Of a DNA stretch of 36,456 nucleotides, positions 1 through 8,410 are shown piece after piece. Position numbers and translations under genes: made by a program. Every line of letters starts with the position of its first letter. The first letter of the stretch is position 1. The DNA lies in IMG/VR virus record IMGVR_UViG_3300005782_000011, positions 1 through 36,456 of that record, one strand, 5' to 3'. The stretch is from a virus (Duplodnaviria > Caudoviricetes). The notes under the pieces are model-generated. The model had not been told where the DNA came from. It worked only from the letters and a program-made list of their open reading frames with translations, and did no database searches.

Positions 1-141
1 GTTTCAGGTAAAATAGAAGAGACGGGCATTCTCGATGAGCCGAAGCGGGGTGATTTCCATTTTTGCCCGGGCTGTGGCCGCAAGTATTATCTGGGAGAAG
101 CTAATTTCTGCTCAAATTGTGGCAGGAGATTTACAAACTAA
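1..141 (+). CDS. 3' end of a double zinc-ribbon protein (5'-truncated by window)
   Basis: Frame 1 reads ...FHFCPGCGRKYYLGEANFCSNCGRRFTN*, with two CxxC pairs; stop at 139-141. Not in the ORF track. Confidence 0.7.
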   Translation, partial: VSGKIEETGILDEPKRGDFHFCPGCGRKYYLGEANFCSNCGRRFTN

Positions 142-232
142 TTCTGGCTGGGAGCCCAGATGAGCCGGGTGCTACTCCCGATTGAGGCGAGCGAGAGCGG
201 CGCCCGACTCTAAATATTTTGAGAGGTTTGCG

Positions 233-472
233 ATGGATATGGTGGGAGTTGGATTAACGATTTGCGGGATAACCATGCCCACGGGCGGTGTTATAATCAC
301 GGCGCTTTTAAGAAGAAGAAATAATAATTCTAATCCTCGCAATGTATCCGAAAGAGTTTGTAATTCACGGCGCGCTGAAATAGTTACAAAAATTGAAGGT
401 ATGGAAAAAAATATAGAGTTGAAATTAAAAAATCTGCAGGAAGATGTAAGCGAAATAAAGGGGAAGATATGA
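233..472 (+). CDS. Small membrane-anchored coiled-coil protein (possibly holin/XhlA-like)
   Basis: GAGAGG SD before ATG 233; N-terminal hydrophobic segment, then RRR and a heptad-like tail (LKLKNLQEDVSEIKGKI). Confidence 0.5.
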   Translation: MDMVGVGLTICGITMPTGGVIITALLRRRNNNSNPRNVSERVCNSRRAEIVTKIEGMEKNIELKLKNLQEDVSEIKGKI

Positions 473-585
473 TGCCTGAAAATAGACAATTGAAAGGCGT
501 GATTATGGATTTACTCAAACTTGGTGGGGTACTACTTCTGTTCTACCTGTTCGCCATGTTTGTTGCGATTGTAGGTGACTATTGA
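472..585 (+). CDS. 37-aa single-TM peptide
   Basis: TGATG overlap with previous stop; MPENRQLKGVIMDLLKLGGVLLLFYLFAMFVAIVGDY*. Confidence 0.4.
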   Translation: MPENRQLKGVIMDLLKLGGVLLLFYLFAMFVAIVGDY

Positions 586-651
586 CCTCGCGGCTTGTAC
601 CAGCGCCTCTTGTCGAGCCAAGTCGTGATAAAGAACCTGATGTCTTTCGTT

Positions 652-704
652 AAAATAAAAAAGCCCGCCAAGGCTTGTAGGGTATTCAAATTTCTTAGCG
701 GGCT
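652..704 (-). terminator. Intrinsic terminator of the leftward operon
   Basis: Minus strand AGCCCGCTAAG...CTTGGCGGGCT followed by TTTTTATTTT. Confidence 0.7.
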
Positions 705-738
705 ATAGGCTGGCATAGCCAGCGTGGATGTTTGAAAA

Positions 739-969
739 TTAAAGGAGACTATCGGCGAATTTGATGGCCCATTTGCTGGCCCAATCATCACCAAGTAGCC
801 AGCCAAAGGTCGAATCCCAAACGAGTATATCTCCAATAGACGGAGAATTATACTCGCCGTTTGTGTCCGTAACTACATGGATGTTACGGACAACTTCGCC
901 GAACTCCCCGCGAGTCAAATCGCCGCGAGGATTGACGGCCTTGTAAGACTTGGTTTTAATCTCGATCAT
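739..969 (-). CDS. Hypothetical protein, 76 aa
   Basis: AAGGAGT SD upstream on the minus strand; last gene before the terminator. Confidence 0.65.
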   Translation of the reverse strand: MIEIKTKSYKAVNPRGDLTRGEFGEVVRNIHVVTDTNGEYNSPSIGDILVWDSTFGWLLGDDWASKWAIKFADSLL

Positions 970-1010
970 TATTCACTCCTTTATTTGGCTGATAGAATCA
1001 GCGTGGTAAA

Positions 1011-1271
1011 TTACATGTTTTCGATGGCGGCCAGAATGCTTTTCGCTACCTTGTGGCGGAATGCTGCATTGGGTCCATGCACGGGAATGGCTAAAAGGTC
1101 ATTTGCGAGCTTTTTTAGTTCCCCTGCCGTATCATCGTAAACAACCCAATCGTCGCAATCATCTGGGCCGAGTTCGGGATTATCGGGGTCAGTATAATTG
1201 TCAATTTTATACTGGGGAACTATTTCTCCTCCAAAAAGTGTATGCTGAGCGTAAATATAGATTTTCATCAT
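1011..1271 (-). CDS. Hypothetical acidic protein, 86 aa
   Basis: AAGGAGA SD; directly follows the 1280-1435 gene. Confidence 0.65.
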   Translation of the reverse strand: MMKIYIYAQHTLFGGEIVPQYKIDNYTDPDNPELGPDDCDDWVVYDDTAGELKKLANDLLAIPVHGPNAAFRHKVAKSILAAIENM

Positions 1272-1279
1272 TTCTCTCC

Positions 1280-1435
1280 TTAGTCCTCCTTTGGACTTTG
1301 TTCTTTGAAATAAGAAAGAATAATATCATCCAGCACTTGCGGGCGTTGCCATCCTCGGCGCTGGCATTCTTCATCCAGAAGCCTGAGAGCTTCGGGTGAA
1401 AGGGAAATTGAAAGTGCAATGCGATTGATAGTCAT
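1280..1435 (-). CDS. Ribbon-helix-helix (CopG/Arc-like) DNA-binding protein, 51 aa
   Basis: MTINRIALSISLSPEALRLLDEECQRRGWQRPQVLDDIILSYFKEQSPKED*: alternating beta strand, helix, Gly turn, helix. Below ORF-track length cutoff. Confidence 0.7.
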   Translation of the reverse strand: MTINRIALSISLSPEALRLLDEECQRRGWQRPQVLDDIILSYFKEQSPKED

Positions 1436-1466
1436 AAGAATCCCTAGAATCCCTTTGGTTGAATTA

Positions 1467-1703
1467 TTAATAGATCATTAAGAGGACATATTTAATACGA
1501 CCAGAAAGTTTAAGTTGAATAGAACAGCGCCAAACTCCTGGGCTTTGTTCATTAAATATTACTAAAGATTGATTGTATTTCCGGCGTACAGAACGAAAAG
1601 CCGCTTCTACGGGCGATTCTTTAAGTAATTTTTGTGGGAGGGCGAACCCTCTGCACAATATATGCTGGCCGTCTGTAGATTTGATAATCCAGAAAACTCT
1701 CAT
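1467..1703 (-). CDS. Hypothetical basic protein, 78 aa
   Basis: AGGAGGT SD; first gene after the 1758-1786 promoter. Confidence 0.6.
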   Translation of the reverse strand: MRVFWIIKSTDGQHILCRGFALPQKLLKESPVEAAFRSVRRKYNQSLVIFNEQSPGVWRCSIQLKLSGRIKYVLLMIY

Positions 1704-1735
1704 TGAAACCTCCTGCTGGAGTGAAAAAGAATAGG

Positions 1736-1754
1736 ATTAGAATATCGTTCTAAT
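1736..1754. promoter_or_regulatory. Palindromic operator candidate
   Basis: ATTAGAA-tatcg-TTCTAAT perfect 7-bp inverted repeat just downstream of the leftward -10 box. Confidence 0.5.
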
Positions 1755-1757
1755 ATC

Positions 1758-1786
1758 AATATACTATAAAAACAATGGAAAGTCAA
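1758..1786 (-). promoter_or_regulatory. Sigma70-type promoter (leftward)
   Basis: Minus strand TTGACT-17 bp-TATATT. Confidence 0.75.
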
Positions 1787-1806
1787 ATTTATTTTCAAGA
1801 GGCAAA

Positions 1807-2070
1807 ATGAATAAAAGTGAAGTCAGAAACAGAAACTTAATGCTTGATTATGCGAACGGTGCCTCTGTAGAGGCCCTGATGAAAAAGTATCAACTTGCAC
1901 AATCAACGATAAACTTGATAGTCCACGAAACGTACAGAGAAGCCAGAGAAGCACTCAGGGGCAATGCGGTAATGCCTGCCTTAAAGAAATTGAGAGATAA
2001 GTTCTGGCTGGCTCACCGATCACTGTTGAAAAAATATTGCAACGGGGAGCTGCACAAGCGCCCCATATAG
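1807..2070 (+). CDS. Mor/C-like helix-turn-helix protein
   Basis: RNRNLMLDYANGASVEALMKKYQLAQSTINLIV resembles the HTH of Mu Mor-family activators; immediately upstream of terS. Confidence 0.55.
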   Translation: MNKSEVRNRNLMLDYANGASVEALMKKYQLAQSTINLIVHETYREAREALRGNAVMPALKKLRDKFWLAHRSLLKKYCNGELHKRPI

Positions 2071-2124
2071 ATAGAGTTTTTTAGTACTTGTCTTTAAAGA
2101 AGTAAAAAAGAAGGTGTGTTTTAA

Positions 2125-2682
2125 ATGGCAAAATCTGGAACCAAAAATAAAGGGAATAAATTCGGACTTACTGATCTTCAGGAAAGATTCTGCCAGGAGT
2201 ATTTGAAGGATTTAAATGCAACTGCAGCTTATAAACGAGCAGGAAGCAAAGCGAATGAAAATTCAGCAAGAGTTGATGCATCAAGAATGCTAACAAATGC
2301 TAACATTCAATCTCGTTTTTCGCAGCTCGTAGAAGAAAGGTCAAAGCGGACTCAGATAACGGCTGACAGAGTTCTGCAGGAAATAGCCAAGATTGCATTT
2401 GCGAACATGGGTTTCTATGCAGAGTTTGACGCTGATGGAGTTACGCTGAAAAGCTCGAGCGAGCTTACAGAGGAGCAGCTTGCGGTAATTGAATCAGTGA
2501 GTGAGGTTCCGCTTAAGGCTGGTGGAAAGGCTTTAAAAATAAAGCTCCATGACAAGACGAGGAACCTTGAAATGCTCATGCGGCACCTGGGTTTGTTCAA
2601 TGACAAGCTGAACTTGGCTGGCAAGCATAATATCAATTTTATCGTAACAGAGCCGCTAAAACAGAAGCCCGAAGGAACCTAA
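2125..2682 (+). CDS. terS: Terminase small subunit
   Basis: LTDLQERFCQEYLKDLNATAAYKRAG, ITADRVLQEIAKIAF and KIKLHDK motifs of the Terminase_2 family; abuts terL. Confidence 0.93.
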   Translation: MAKSGTKNKGNKFGLTDLQERFCQEYLKDLNATAAYKRAGSKANENSARVDASRMLTNANIQSRFSQLVEERSKRTQITADRVLQEIAKIAFANMGFYAEFDADGVTLKSSSELTEEQLAVIESVSEVPLKAGGKALKIKLHDKTRNLEMLMRHLGLFNDKLNLAGKHNINFIVTEPLKQKPEGT

Positions 2683-4188
2683 ATGTTAGAAGCTACTTTA
2701 CAAATGCCAGTTTCGGGTGTGGAACAGGAACTCGAAGAGTTAGACATCCACTATGATGCTACTCCTACGATCTGGCAGTTTCATTCCTGCAATGAGGACA
2801 TTCGGGCCATTGTTGGTGAGGTTGGCAGCGGGAAGACTTCCGGTGCCACAATAGAAATCTGCAAGTTAATTCCCCGGCAGTTATACCAATGGTACGGCAT
2901 TAAAAAAACCAAGTGGGCTGTGGTAAGAAACACCTATGTTGAGCTGATGGATACGACCTACAAGACTATAGAGGATTGGTTCCCGTGGGGAGAGTGGCAA
3001 GCTGGCCGACGGATATATACGATTATCACCAGAGAAGAGATTGATGGTGTGGAGGTTGACCTTGAAATAGAGCTGCTTTTGCGGTCCTGTGACCGGGCCG
3101 ATGATATGAAGAAGTTTAAATCACTGGAAATAACCGGGTATTGGATAGACGAAGCAAACGAAGTGGCTGAGAATATAAAGAAGATGTTGAAAACCAGGAT
3201 AGGCCGTTTCCCAAAAAAATGCCCCATGCGCTTCGGCATTGAAACAACCAACCCCCCTGATGTTGAACACCCGATGTATTCACAATTCAAGTGGCTGACT
3301 CCTGTGCCTGGCCCGGTGCCAACAGTTGAACCCCTGGAGAACCATGCTGGATTCTGGCAGCCCCCGAGAGAGAATGAGGCCAACCTTACCCCAGGATATT
3401 ACGACAAGCTGAGAAAAGATTTTGCAAACGACCCAGAGTGGATAGCGGTTTATCTCGATGGCAAACCGGGTATCATGGTCCAGGGCAAGCAAGTTTACAA
3501 CAATTTCAAGCGAGAGTTTCACGTTGCCACCGAGCCACTTGTCTGGTCGAAGGGCGTGCTCTACAGGGGATGGGATAATAGCGGTAACTGCCCGGCGTGC
3601 GTAGTGAGTCAGGTGCCGACAGCACAACAGCTACAGATATTGAGAGAGTTCCATACCGACAGGGAGGGGATAGTCGATTTTGCCGGGCGGGTAGTGTTAA
3701 GCTGTAATCTGGCTTTTCCAGATGCGGAATATATCGACTACGGAGATCCGGCAGGGGCGGCTCAGTTCAGCAAGAAAGATGGAGGATTTACCAGTAATAA
3801 AAAGCTGATGGAGGATGCCTGTGGGATAAAGGTTATCAGCTCAGACCAAAATTTCACGGCGCGGACTCAGGCGGTTGACCAGCTACTTGCCCGGCGTGAT
3901 GGAATGCTGATTGACCCGAGCTGCACGAGGTTGATTAACGGATTTATCAGTGGCTATTGTTACCCGGAGATAGGCACAAACACCGGTATTTATGCTGAAA
4001 AGCCGATAAAGAACAAGTTTTCACACCCACACGATGGCTTGCAGTACCTTGCGGTGAAGCTCTTTAAAAGTGAATCCGCCAAATCCGCAAAAGTCGATCA
4101 CGCCAAGCTTCGTGGTCGCCAAGTCACATCAATGGCTCACTTGGTTGGTCAGACAGTACCAGGAAATGAAGCTGGATGGATGAAATGA
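2683..4188 (+). CDS. terL: Terminase large subunit
   Basis: Walker A GEVGSGKT, Walker B YWIDEA, coupling motif TTNP, C-terminal nuclease motifs (GWD, YGDPAG, HPHDGLQY). Confidence 0.93.
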   Translation: MLEATLQMPVSGVEQELEELDIHYDATPTIWQFHSCNEDIRAIVGEVGSGKTSGATIEICKLIPRQLYQWYGIKKTKWAVVRNTYVELMDTTYKTIEDWFPWGEWQAGRRIYTIITREEIDGVEVDLEIELLLRSCDRADDMKKFKSLEITGYWIDEANEVAENIKKMLKTRIGRFPKKCPMRFGIETTNPPDVEHPMYSQFKWLTPVPGPVPTVEPLENHAGFWQPPRENEANLTPGYYDKLRKDFANDPEWIAVYLDGKPGIMVQGKQVYNNFKREFHVATEPLVWSKGVLYRGWDNSGNCPACVVSQVPTAQQLQILREFHTDREGIVDFAGRVVLSCNLAFPDAEYIDYGDPAGAAQFSKKDGGFTSNKKLMEDACGIKVISSDQNFTARTQAVDQLLARRDGMLIDPSCTRLINGFISGYCYPEIGTNTGIYAEKPIKNKFSHPHDGLQYLAVKLFKSESAKSAKVDHAKLRGRQVTSMAHLVGQTVPGNEAGWMK

Positions 4189-4496
4189 AAGCAAAAATTG
4201 ATTTAAATCAAAGACCTTGGGATGTATTGAATTTGAATATAAGGATTATAAATGCTTTATGGAGTAACGACATAATGACGTTGTGTGATTTGTGCGCCAA
4301 GAAACCTTCGGAAATATTGCGTTGTAGAAATTTTGGGAAAAAGAGCTTGACTATTATTGAAAAAGAATTGGAGCGATTTGGATTATCTCTTTTGCCAAAA
4401 CCAAAATGTTCTACCAGAGACCGGATTGGCCTGACGATAAGTCGGGTTGGATACAAGATTGTCAAATTCGGGCAAGAAATGAGACGAAATGACTGA
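4185..4496 (+). CDS. Stand-alone RNA polymerase alpha subunit C-terminal domain protein
   Basis: LNLNIRIINALWSNDIMTLCDL...EILRCRNFGKKSLTIIEKELERFGLSL matches the alpha-CTD signature; ATGA overlap with the terL stop (alternative start 4176); AT-rich. Confidence 0.85.
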   Translation: MKAKIDLNQRPWDVLNLNIRIINALWSNDIMTLCDLCAKKPSEILRCRNFGKKSLTIIEKELERFGLSLLPKPKCSTRDRIGLTISRVGYKIVKFGQEMRRND

Positions 4497-6585
4497 AAAA
4501 AAATTAAAAGATTTTGAAGAACAGCACGTCGATGGAACGATGGCGACGCTGGGAGATCAAGAGAAATCTCCGGAGCAGGCGAAGCTCGATGCGGTTCACA
4601 AACGGGCGATACAGCGATTTGGCCGGGCGGAGAAGGCTGACAATTCACAGGCTGCCGCCGCCAAGGCCGACCTGGAATTTTTAGCCGGGGACCAGTGGCC
4701 CGCGCGAACACGGGCTAAGCGCGAGGCGAACGAGCAGCCCTGCCTGACCCTGAACATGATGGGTGAGAAGATCAACCAGGTTATTGGCGATCAGCGGCAG
4801 GCCCGGCCTCAGATAAAGGTAGTGCCCTACGATGATAACGCAGATCCCGAAACGGCTGATATTTTGAATGGGATGATTCGGCAGATTATCAACTATTCAG
4901 ATGGAGAGATGATTACTGACAACGCGTTTGAGAATGCCGTGGCCTGCGGTCGCGGGGCGTTCCGCGTAATTACCGAGTATGAGGGCAACAGATCAGATGA
5001 CCAGATTATCAAGCTAAAATGGATTCAAAATGTATTCAGCGTTAAATGGGATCCCGGGGCAGAGGATTACGACAAACAGGATGGAAAGTTTTTCTTTATC
5101 TATCAGGACATGCAGAAAACAGACTACGAGGAACAGTATCCCGGCAGGCCGGCCGAACCCATGCCCTCAGATTCATCCGATACCCAGATGTCAACTTTAT
5201 TGGCCGACTGGAGTTCCACGGAAACGGTACGAGTGGCGGAGTATTTCGAACGGGAAACCACGGAGGAAGAAATAGTCACGCTCGAATCTGGTGTTACGGT
5301 TCCGGCAGACAAAATCCCCGAAGGAGCAAATATAAAAAGGCGGCCGGATGGCCGTGAATACCGCCGCAAAGCCGAAGTTAAAAAAATAATCTGGTACAAG
5401 ATCAACGGCTCTGGAATACTTAACGGGCCCAGGGTTTTCGAAAGCAAATATTTTCCCGTACTCCTCAATTTCGGTAAGGAAATCAATATCGGCGGAACCC
5501 GCTACATGCACGGTATGATAAGACCTGGTATCGACGCCCAGCGGATGATAAACTACATGGAATCGAAGACCACCGAGGTAATCGCCTTGCAACCGATAGC
5601 ACCATTCCTGGCTACAGAAAAGCAACTTGCAGGACACGAAGATGATTATGCGGCAGCGGCTAAAGGTGAAGCGATTTATGCAATCGCCTATACACCCGAT
5701 GATCAGGCTGCGAATCTTAAACCGGAGCGCATTACCCCTCCAGCAATACCCGCTGGTTTTGAAAATAGGGCTGCGGTCAATAAAGATAATCTCAAATCCA
5801 CGATGGGTATCCATGACTCGCAGGTTGGTGCGCAATCGAATGAGATCAGCGGTAAGGGTATTCTTGCCCGCCAGCACCAGGCTGAGCGCGGAACATTCGC
5901 CTACCAGGACAACCTCAGCCGTACCCTGCGCACTCTGGGGCGGCTTCTGCTCGATATGATACCCCGAATTTACGATGCTGACCGGACGGTGCGCATTCTG
6001 GGCCTCGATGGCAAGGTCGGCAAGGCTAAGCTGGGCAAGCGCCCAGATGGCTATGATCACGCTTCACTGCCGCCGGAGGAACGAATCTACGACCCGCAAA
6101 TGGGGATGTACGATGTGACTATTACCGTTGGACCGTCACATGCTACTCGCCGACAAGAGACTGCGGATGCCCTTGTGGAGATTTTGCGCTCAGCCCCGGA
6201 GATTGCGCCGATAGTTCTGCCGCGCCTGGCTAAGATGCTCGATTTTCCTGATGCCGATGAATTGGCTGAAGACCTGGAAGTTCTATTACCACCTGAGATC
6301 AGAGCCAAGCGCCAAGCGGAACGTGGTGAGGGTGAGGAAGAAGCAGTAGAGCCTCAAATACTTGGCCCTGACGGTCAACCGGCCAACTCTGCGGACACAG
6401 AAGAGGGTGCGGAACCGGAAGTTCCGGCGGAAACCCCGACGGTTGACCCTACACTGAAATCAAAAGTGATAATCGAGCAGGCCAAAGCAGTTGACGCCGT
6501 TCTGGAAATGAGACGGAAGGCCAAGGCTGCGGGCTTGACCGATGCTCAGATTGATGCCCTGATGGATGAAATGGAGAAAGACTGA
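4489..6585 (+). CDS. P22-like portal protein
   Basis: 698 aa with FLAGDQWP, PCLTLN, AFENAVACGRG, SNEISGKGILARQ, YDVTITVGPS motifs; follows terL. Confidence 0.92.
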   Translation: MTEKKLKDFEEQHVDGTMATLGDQEKSPEQAKLDAVHKRAIQRFGRAEKADNSQAAAAKADLEFLAGDQWPARTRAKREANEQPCLTLNMMGEKINQVIGDQRQARPQIKVVPYDDNADPETADILNGMIRQIINYSDGEMITDNAFENAVACGRGAFRVITEYEGNRSDDQIIKLKWIQNVFSVKWDPGAEDYDKQDGKFFFIYQDMQKTDYEEQYPGRPAEPMPSDSSDTQMSTLLADWSSTETVRVAEYFERETTEEEIVTLESGVTVPADKIPEGANIKRRPDGREYRRKAEVKKIIWYKINGSGILNGPRVFESKYFPVLLNFGKEINIGGTRYMHGMIRPGIDAQRMINYMESKTTEVIALQPIAPFLATEKQLAGHEDDYAAAAKGEAIYAIAYTPDDQAANLKPERITPPAIPAGFENRAAVNKDNLKSTMGIHDSQVGAQSNEISGKGILARQHQAERGTFAYQDNLSRTLRTLGRLLLDMIPRIYDADRTVRILGLDGKVGKAKLGKRPDGYDHASLPPEERIYDPQMGMYDVTITVGPSHATRRQETADALVEILRSAPEIAPIVLPRLAKMLDFPDADELAEDLEVLLPPEIRAKRQAERGEGEEEAVEPQILGPDGQPANSADTEEGAEPEVPAETPTVDPTLKSKVIIEQAKAVDAVLEMRRKAKAAGLTDAQIDALMDEMEKD

Positions 6586-6655
6586 TGGTGTAAACAAACT
6601 TAAGATTCGTTAAACTAAAACTCTAAGGGATTCGCATTCCTTAGAAAGAACAATC

Positions 6656-6700
6656 AAGGCGGCTGGTTGGGGCCAACCCTTCAACTATGCCGCCTTTTTT
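6656..6700 (+). terminator. Intrinsic terminator after portal, preceded by a second hairpin (6622-6645)
   Basis: AAGGCGGCTGGTTG...CAACTATGCCGCCTT plus T-run; upstream hairpin TCTAAGGGA-ttcgca-TTCCTTAGA. Confidence 0.7.
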
Positions 6701-6724
6701 GTTCGCCTTATGAGGAGGCTCATA

Positions 6725-7618
6725 ATGAAAATCAACCGGTATCTGGCGTTAATCATCGCGCTGATCACAATCCAGGCTGGTGCGGCACAGGCACAGATCA
6801 CCAATACAACTTCAACGGACCTTGCGGTGCTCGATACCGTCAGTGAACCGAGCGGGTTAATGGCCTGGACAGAGCCGTATTACATGGCAGACAATCGAGT
6901 ATTGGCTACACGCTCGCCCGTTGCGGTAGTCGCCGCCTGGTCGACCAATGCGACAGCGGACTCAGCCTGGTCGTATACAAGGAGCCAGCGGCGCGAATGG
7001 GTGGTAACCCTGACAACCTGGAACAGCGCGGATAGTACGCTCATTTTTACGATCAATGAATATCAGTCTTCGGATAGAACGCTTCTGGCAACCTATACAC
7101 AGGCAGTTGACTACGGTTATTGTGGGGGCAGCGCTCACTGTGTACCTGATTTCGGCGGCACGGCGCTTGGCCTTAACCTGTCCCTGGCAAATTATGCGAC
7201 AATCCTGACTTCCACTGGCTGGAGCTGGCATTTGTATCTGTGGGATATTGGTCAGATCCCGATAAGCCGACTGACTATAATTCCCGCATGGTCTGATACG
7301 ATTGGCAGTGCTGCTGATACGGTCTACAGCTCGGCAGTATGGGGCGGCTGGCGATGGATGAACTTGGGAATCAAAGGCATAACATCGTCTATGGGTGATG
7401 ATGGAAATAACTGGATTGGTTTTGGTCAGCAGAGAAAGTTTGATGATGAATGGTATGAGATTGAGGTAATATCGGATTCCTTCCGGATTCCACTGACTAT
7501 CGGAAGAGATACTACCTTTGCACATCCGTTTGCTGATTCAATAAGAATTCCTATATGGGGGAATGGTTCAACTACTAACTTCTATCTGGAATCTCTTAAA
7601 TTTAGAGGACGTAATTGA
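6725..7618 (+). CDS. Exported beta-rich protein with Sec signal peptide, D-S/T rich
   Basis: GAGGAGG SD; MKINRYLALIIALITIQAGAAQA|Q; Trp/Thr/Ser rich; 7 D[ST][AILMTV] motifs by hand count. Confidence 0.75.
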   Translation: MKINRYLALIIALITIQAGAAQAQITNTTSTDLAVLDTVSEPSGLMAWTEPYYMADNRVLATRSPVAVVAAWSTNATADSAWSYTRSQRREWVVTLTTWNSADSTLIFTINEYQSSDRTLLATYTQAVDYGYCGGSAHCVPDFGGTALGLNLSLANYATILTSTGWSWHLYLWDIGQIPISRLTIIPAWSDTIGSAADTVYSSAVWGGWRWMNLGIKGITSSMGDDGNNWIGFGQQRKFDDEWYEIEVISDSFRIPLTIGRDTTFAHPFADSIRIPIWGNGSTTNFYLESLKFRGRN

Positions 7619-7716
7619 TGAGAAGAATCCTGACAATCATATCCGCTCTGGTTCTCTCTGCCTTTGTTGTATTTGGGCAGAGTCAGCAGAACGGCAACCA
7701 TGATAAAGGATTTTAA
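7618..7716 (+). CDS. 32-aa signal peptide plus 12-residue mature peptide (or gene remnant)
   Basis: TGATG coupling; MRRILTIISALVLSAFVVFG|QSQQNGNHDKGF*. Confidence 0.5.
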   Translation: MRRILTIISALVLSAFVVFGQSQQNGNHDKGF

Positions 7717-7749
7717 ATTGCGGAAGGTAGAAAAATAATAAAAAAAGAA

Positions 7750-7905
7750 ATGAATGACAAGCTTGAGAAAATATTAAAGCAATTTACTAAAATCGCCCTG
7801 CGCTGGCTGACCGCCAATCTGAACGGTACGTTGACGCTTACTATCAATATTAACCAGGGCGGGATAACCGACTGGAATATCCAAACCACGGGGAAGCGTG
7901 AATGA
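7750..7905 (+). CDS. 51-aa protein, distantly DUF2292/YezD-like
   Basis: MNDKLEKILKQFTKIALRWLTANLNGTLTLTININQGGITDWNIQTTGKRE*: helix followed by a beta hairpin. Family call is by eye. Confidence 0.5.
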   Translation: MNDKLEKILKQFTKIALRWLTANLNGTLTLTININQGGITDWNIQTTGKRE

Positions 7906-7906
7906 A

Positions 7907-8218
7907 ATGATAAACATAAAATCAAAATTACATCAGCTATTAAAGGATTTCTCTTTATCGGCCAAAGCGTTCTTTTTTCAGCCGATTTTCCATACCAGTT
8001 GTAAACATAAAACGGCAACATTGATAAAGGCAAAGATTATAGCCGAAATAGATCGGCGGCTCTATATAGATCAATATGAATGTGATCAATGCCATCGCGA
8101 TTTCCTAATTCGCCGAAACCCGCGATTGAAGGCGGCTAAACATATACGCCTTTGGCATAATAAGGATAAAATGACGTGGTTTCCAATGGATAAAAAGAAA
8201 AATAGCTTGAATCTTTAA
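7907..8218 (+). CDS. Basic putative zinc-binding protein
   Basis: CKH...CDQCH ligands; Lys/Arg rich; ends just before the RNA element. Confidence 0.5.
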   Translation: MINIKSKLHQLLKDFSLSAKAFFFQPIFHTSCKHKTATLIKAKIIAEIDRRLYIDQYECDQCHRDFLIRRNPRLKAAKHIRLWHNKDKMTWFPMDKKKNSLNL

Positions 8219-8221
8219 ATA

Positions 8222-8335
8222 TTAACCCGGATTCTGATGAAACCTGACTGGTAAGAGCGGTCAGGAGCTTTTGAGGGCCGGATTGAAGGAAAACTGCTCG
8301 AATGAGCGGGATTCTCTCGATTCGACCCTTTTTTT
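8222..8335 (+). ncRNA. Structured leader/attenuator element, copy A
   Basis: Hairpin CCTGACTG-GTAAGAG-CGGTCAGG (8243-8265), then terminator GGGCCGGATTGA...TCGATTCGACCC-T7; homologous to 16932-17028. Confidence 0.7.
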
Positions 8336-8339
8336 ATGC

Positions 8340-8396
8340 TTACCGGCGGGCAAATCACCGGGCAAAAGAGTTACCGGCGGCTATTCACCGGGCAAA
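8340..8396 (+). repeat. Tandem hairpin repeat in the scaffold leader
   Basis: TTACCGGCGG-gcaaa-TCACCGGGCAAA (8340-8366) and TTACCGGCGG-ctat-TCACCGGGCAAA (8371-8396), just before SD AGGAG at 8401. Confidence 0.8.
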
Positions 8397-8410
8397 CACA
8401 AGGAGCAATA

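Noticed and set aside
143-212. GC-rich intergenic stretch with possible pairing
   Set aside because: Only weak G-U-rich stems, a single copy and no recognisable motif.
579-836. 85-aa minus-strand ORF
   Set aside because: Overlaps the 739-969 gene and runs through its terminator.
8234-8270. Hammerhead ribozyme (CUGAUGA present)
   Set aside because: No GAAA after the stem, and copy B has CUGAAGU.
8336-8410. N-terminal extension of scaffold from ATG 8336
   Set aside because: No SD there and it spans the hairpin repeats; ATG 8411 has AGGAG.
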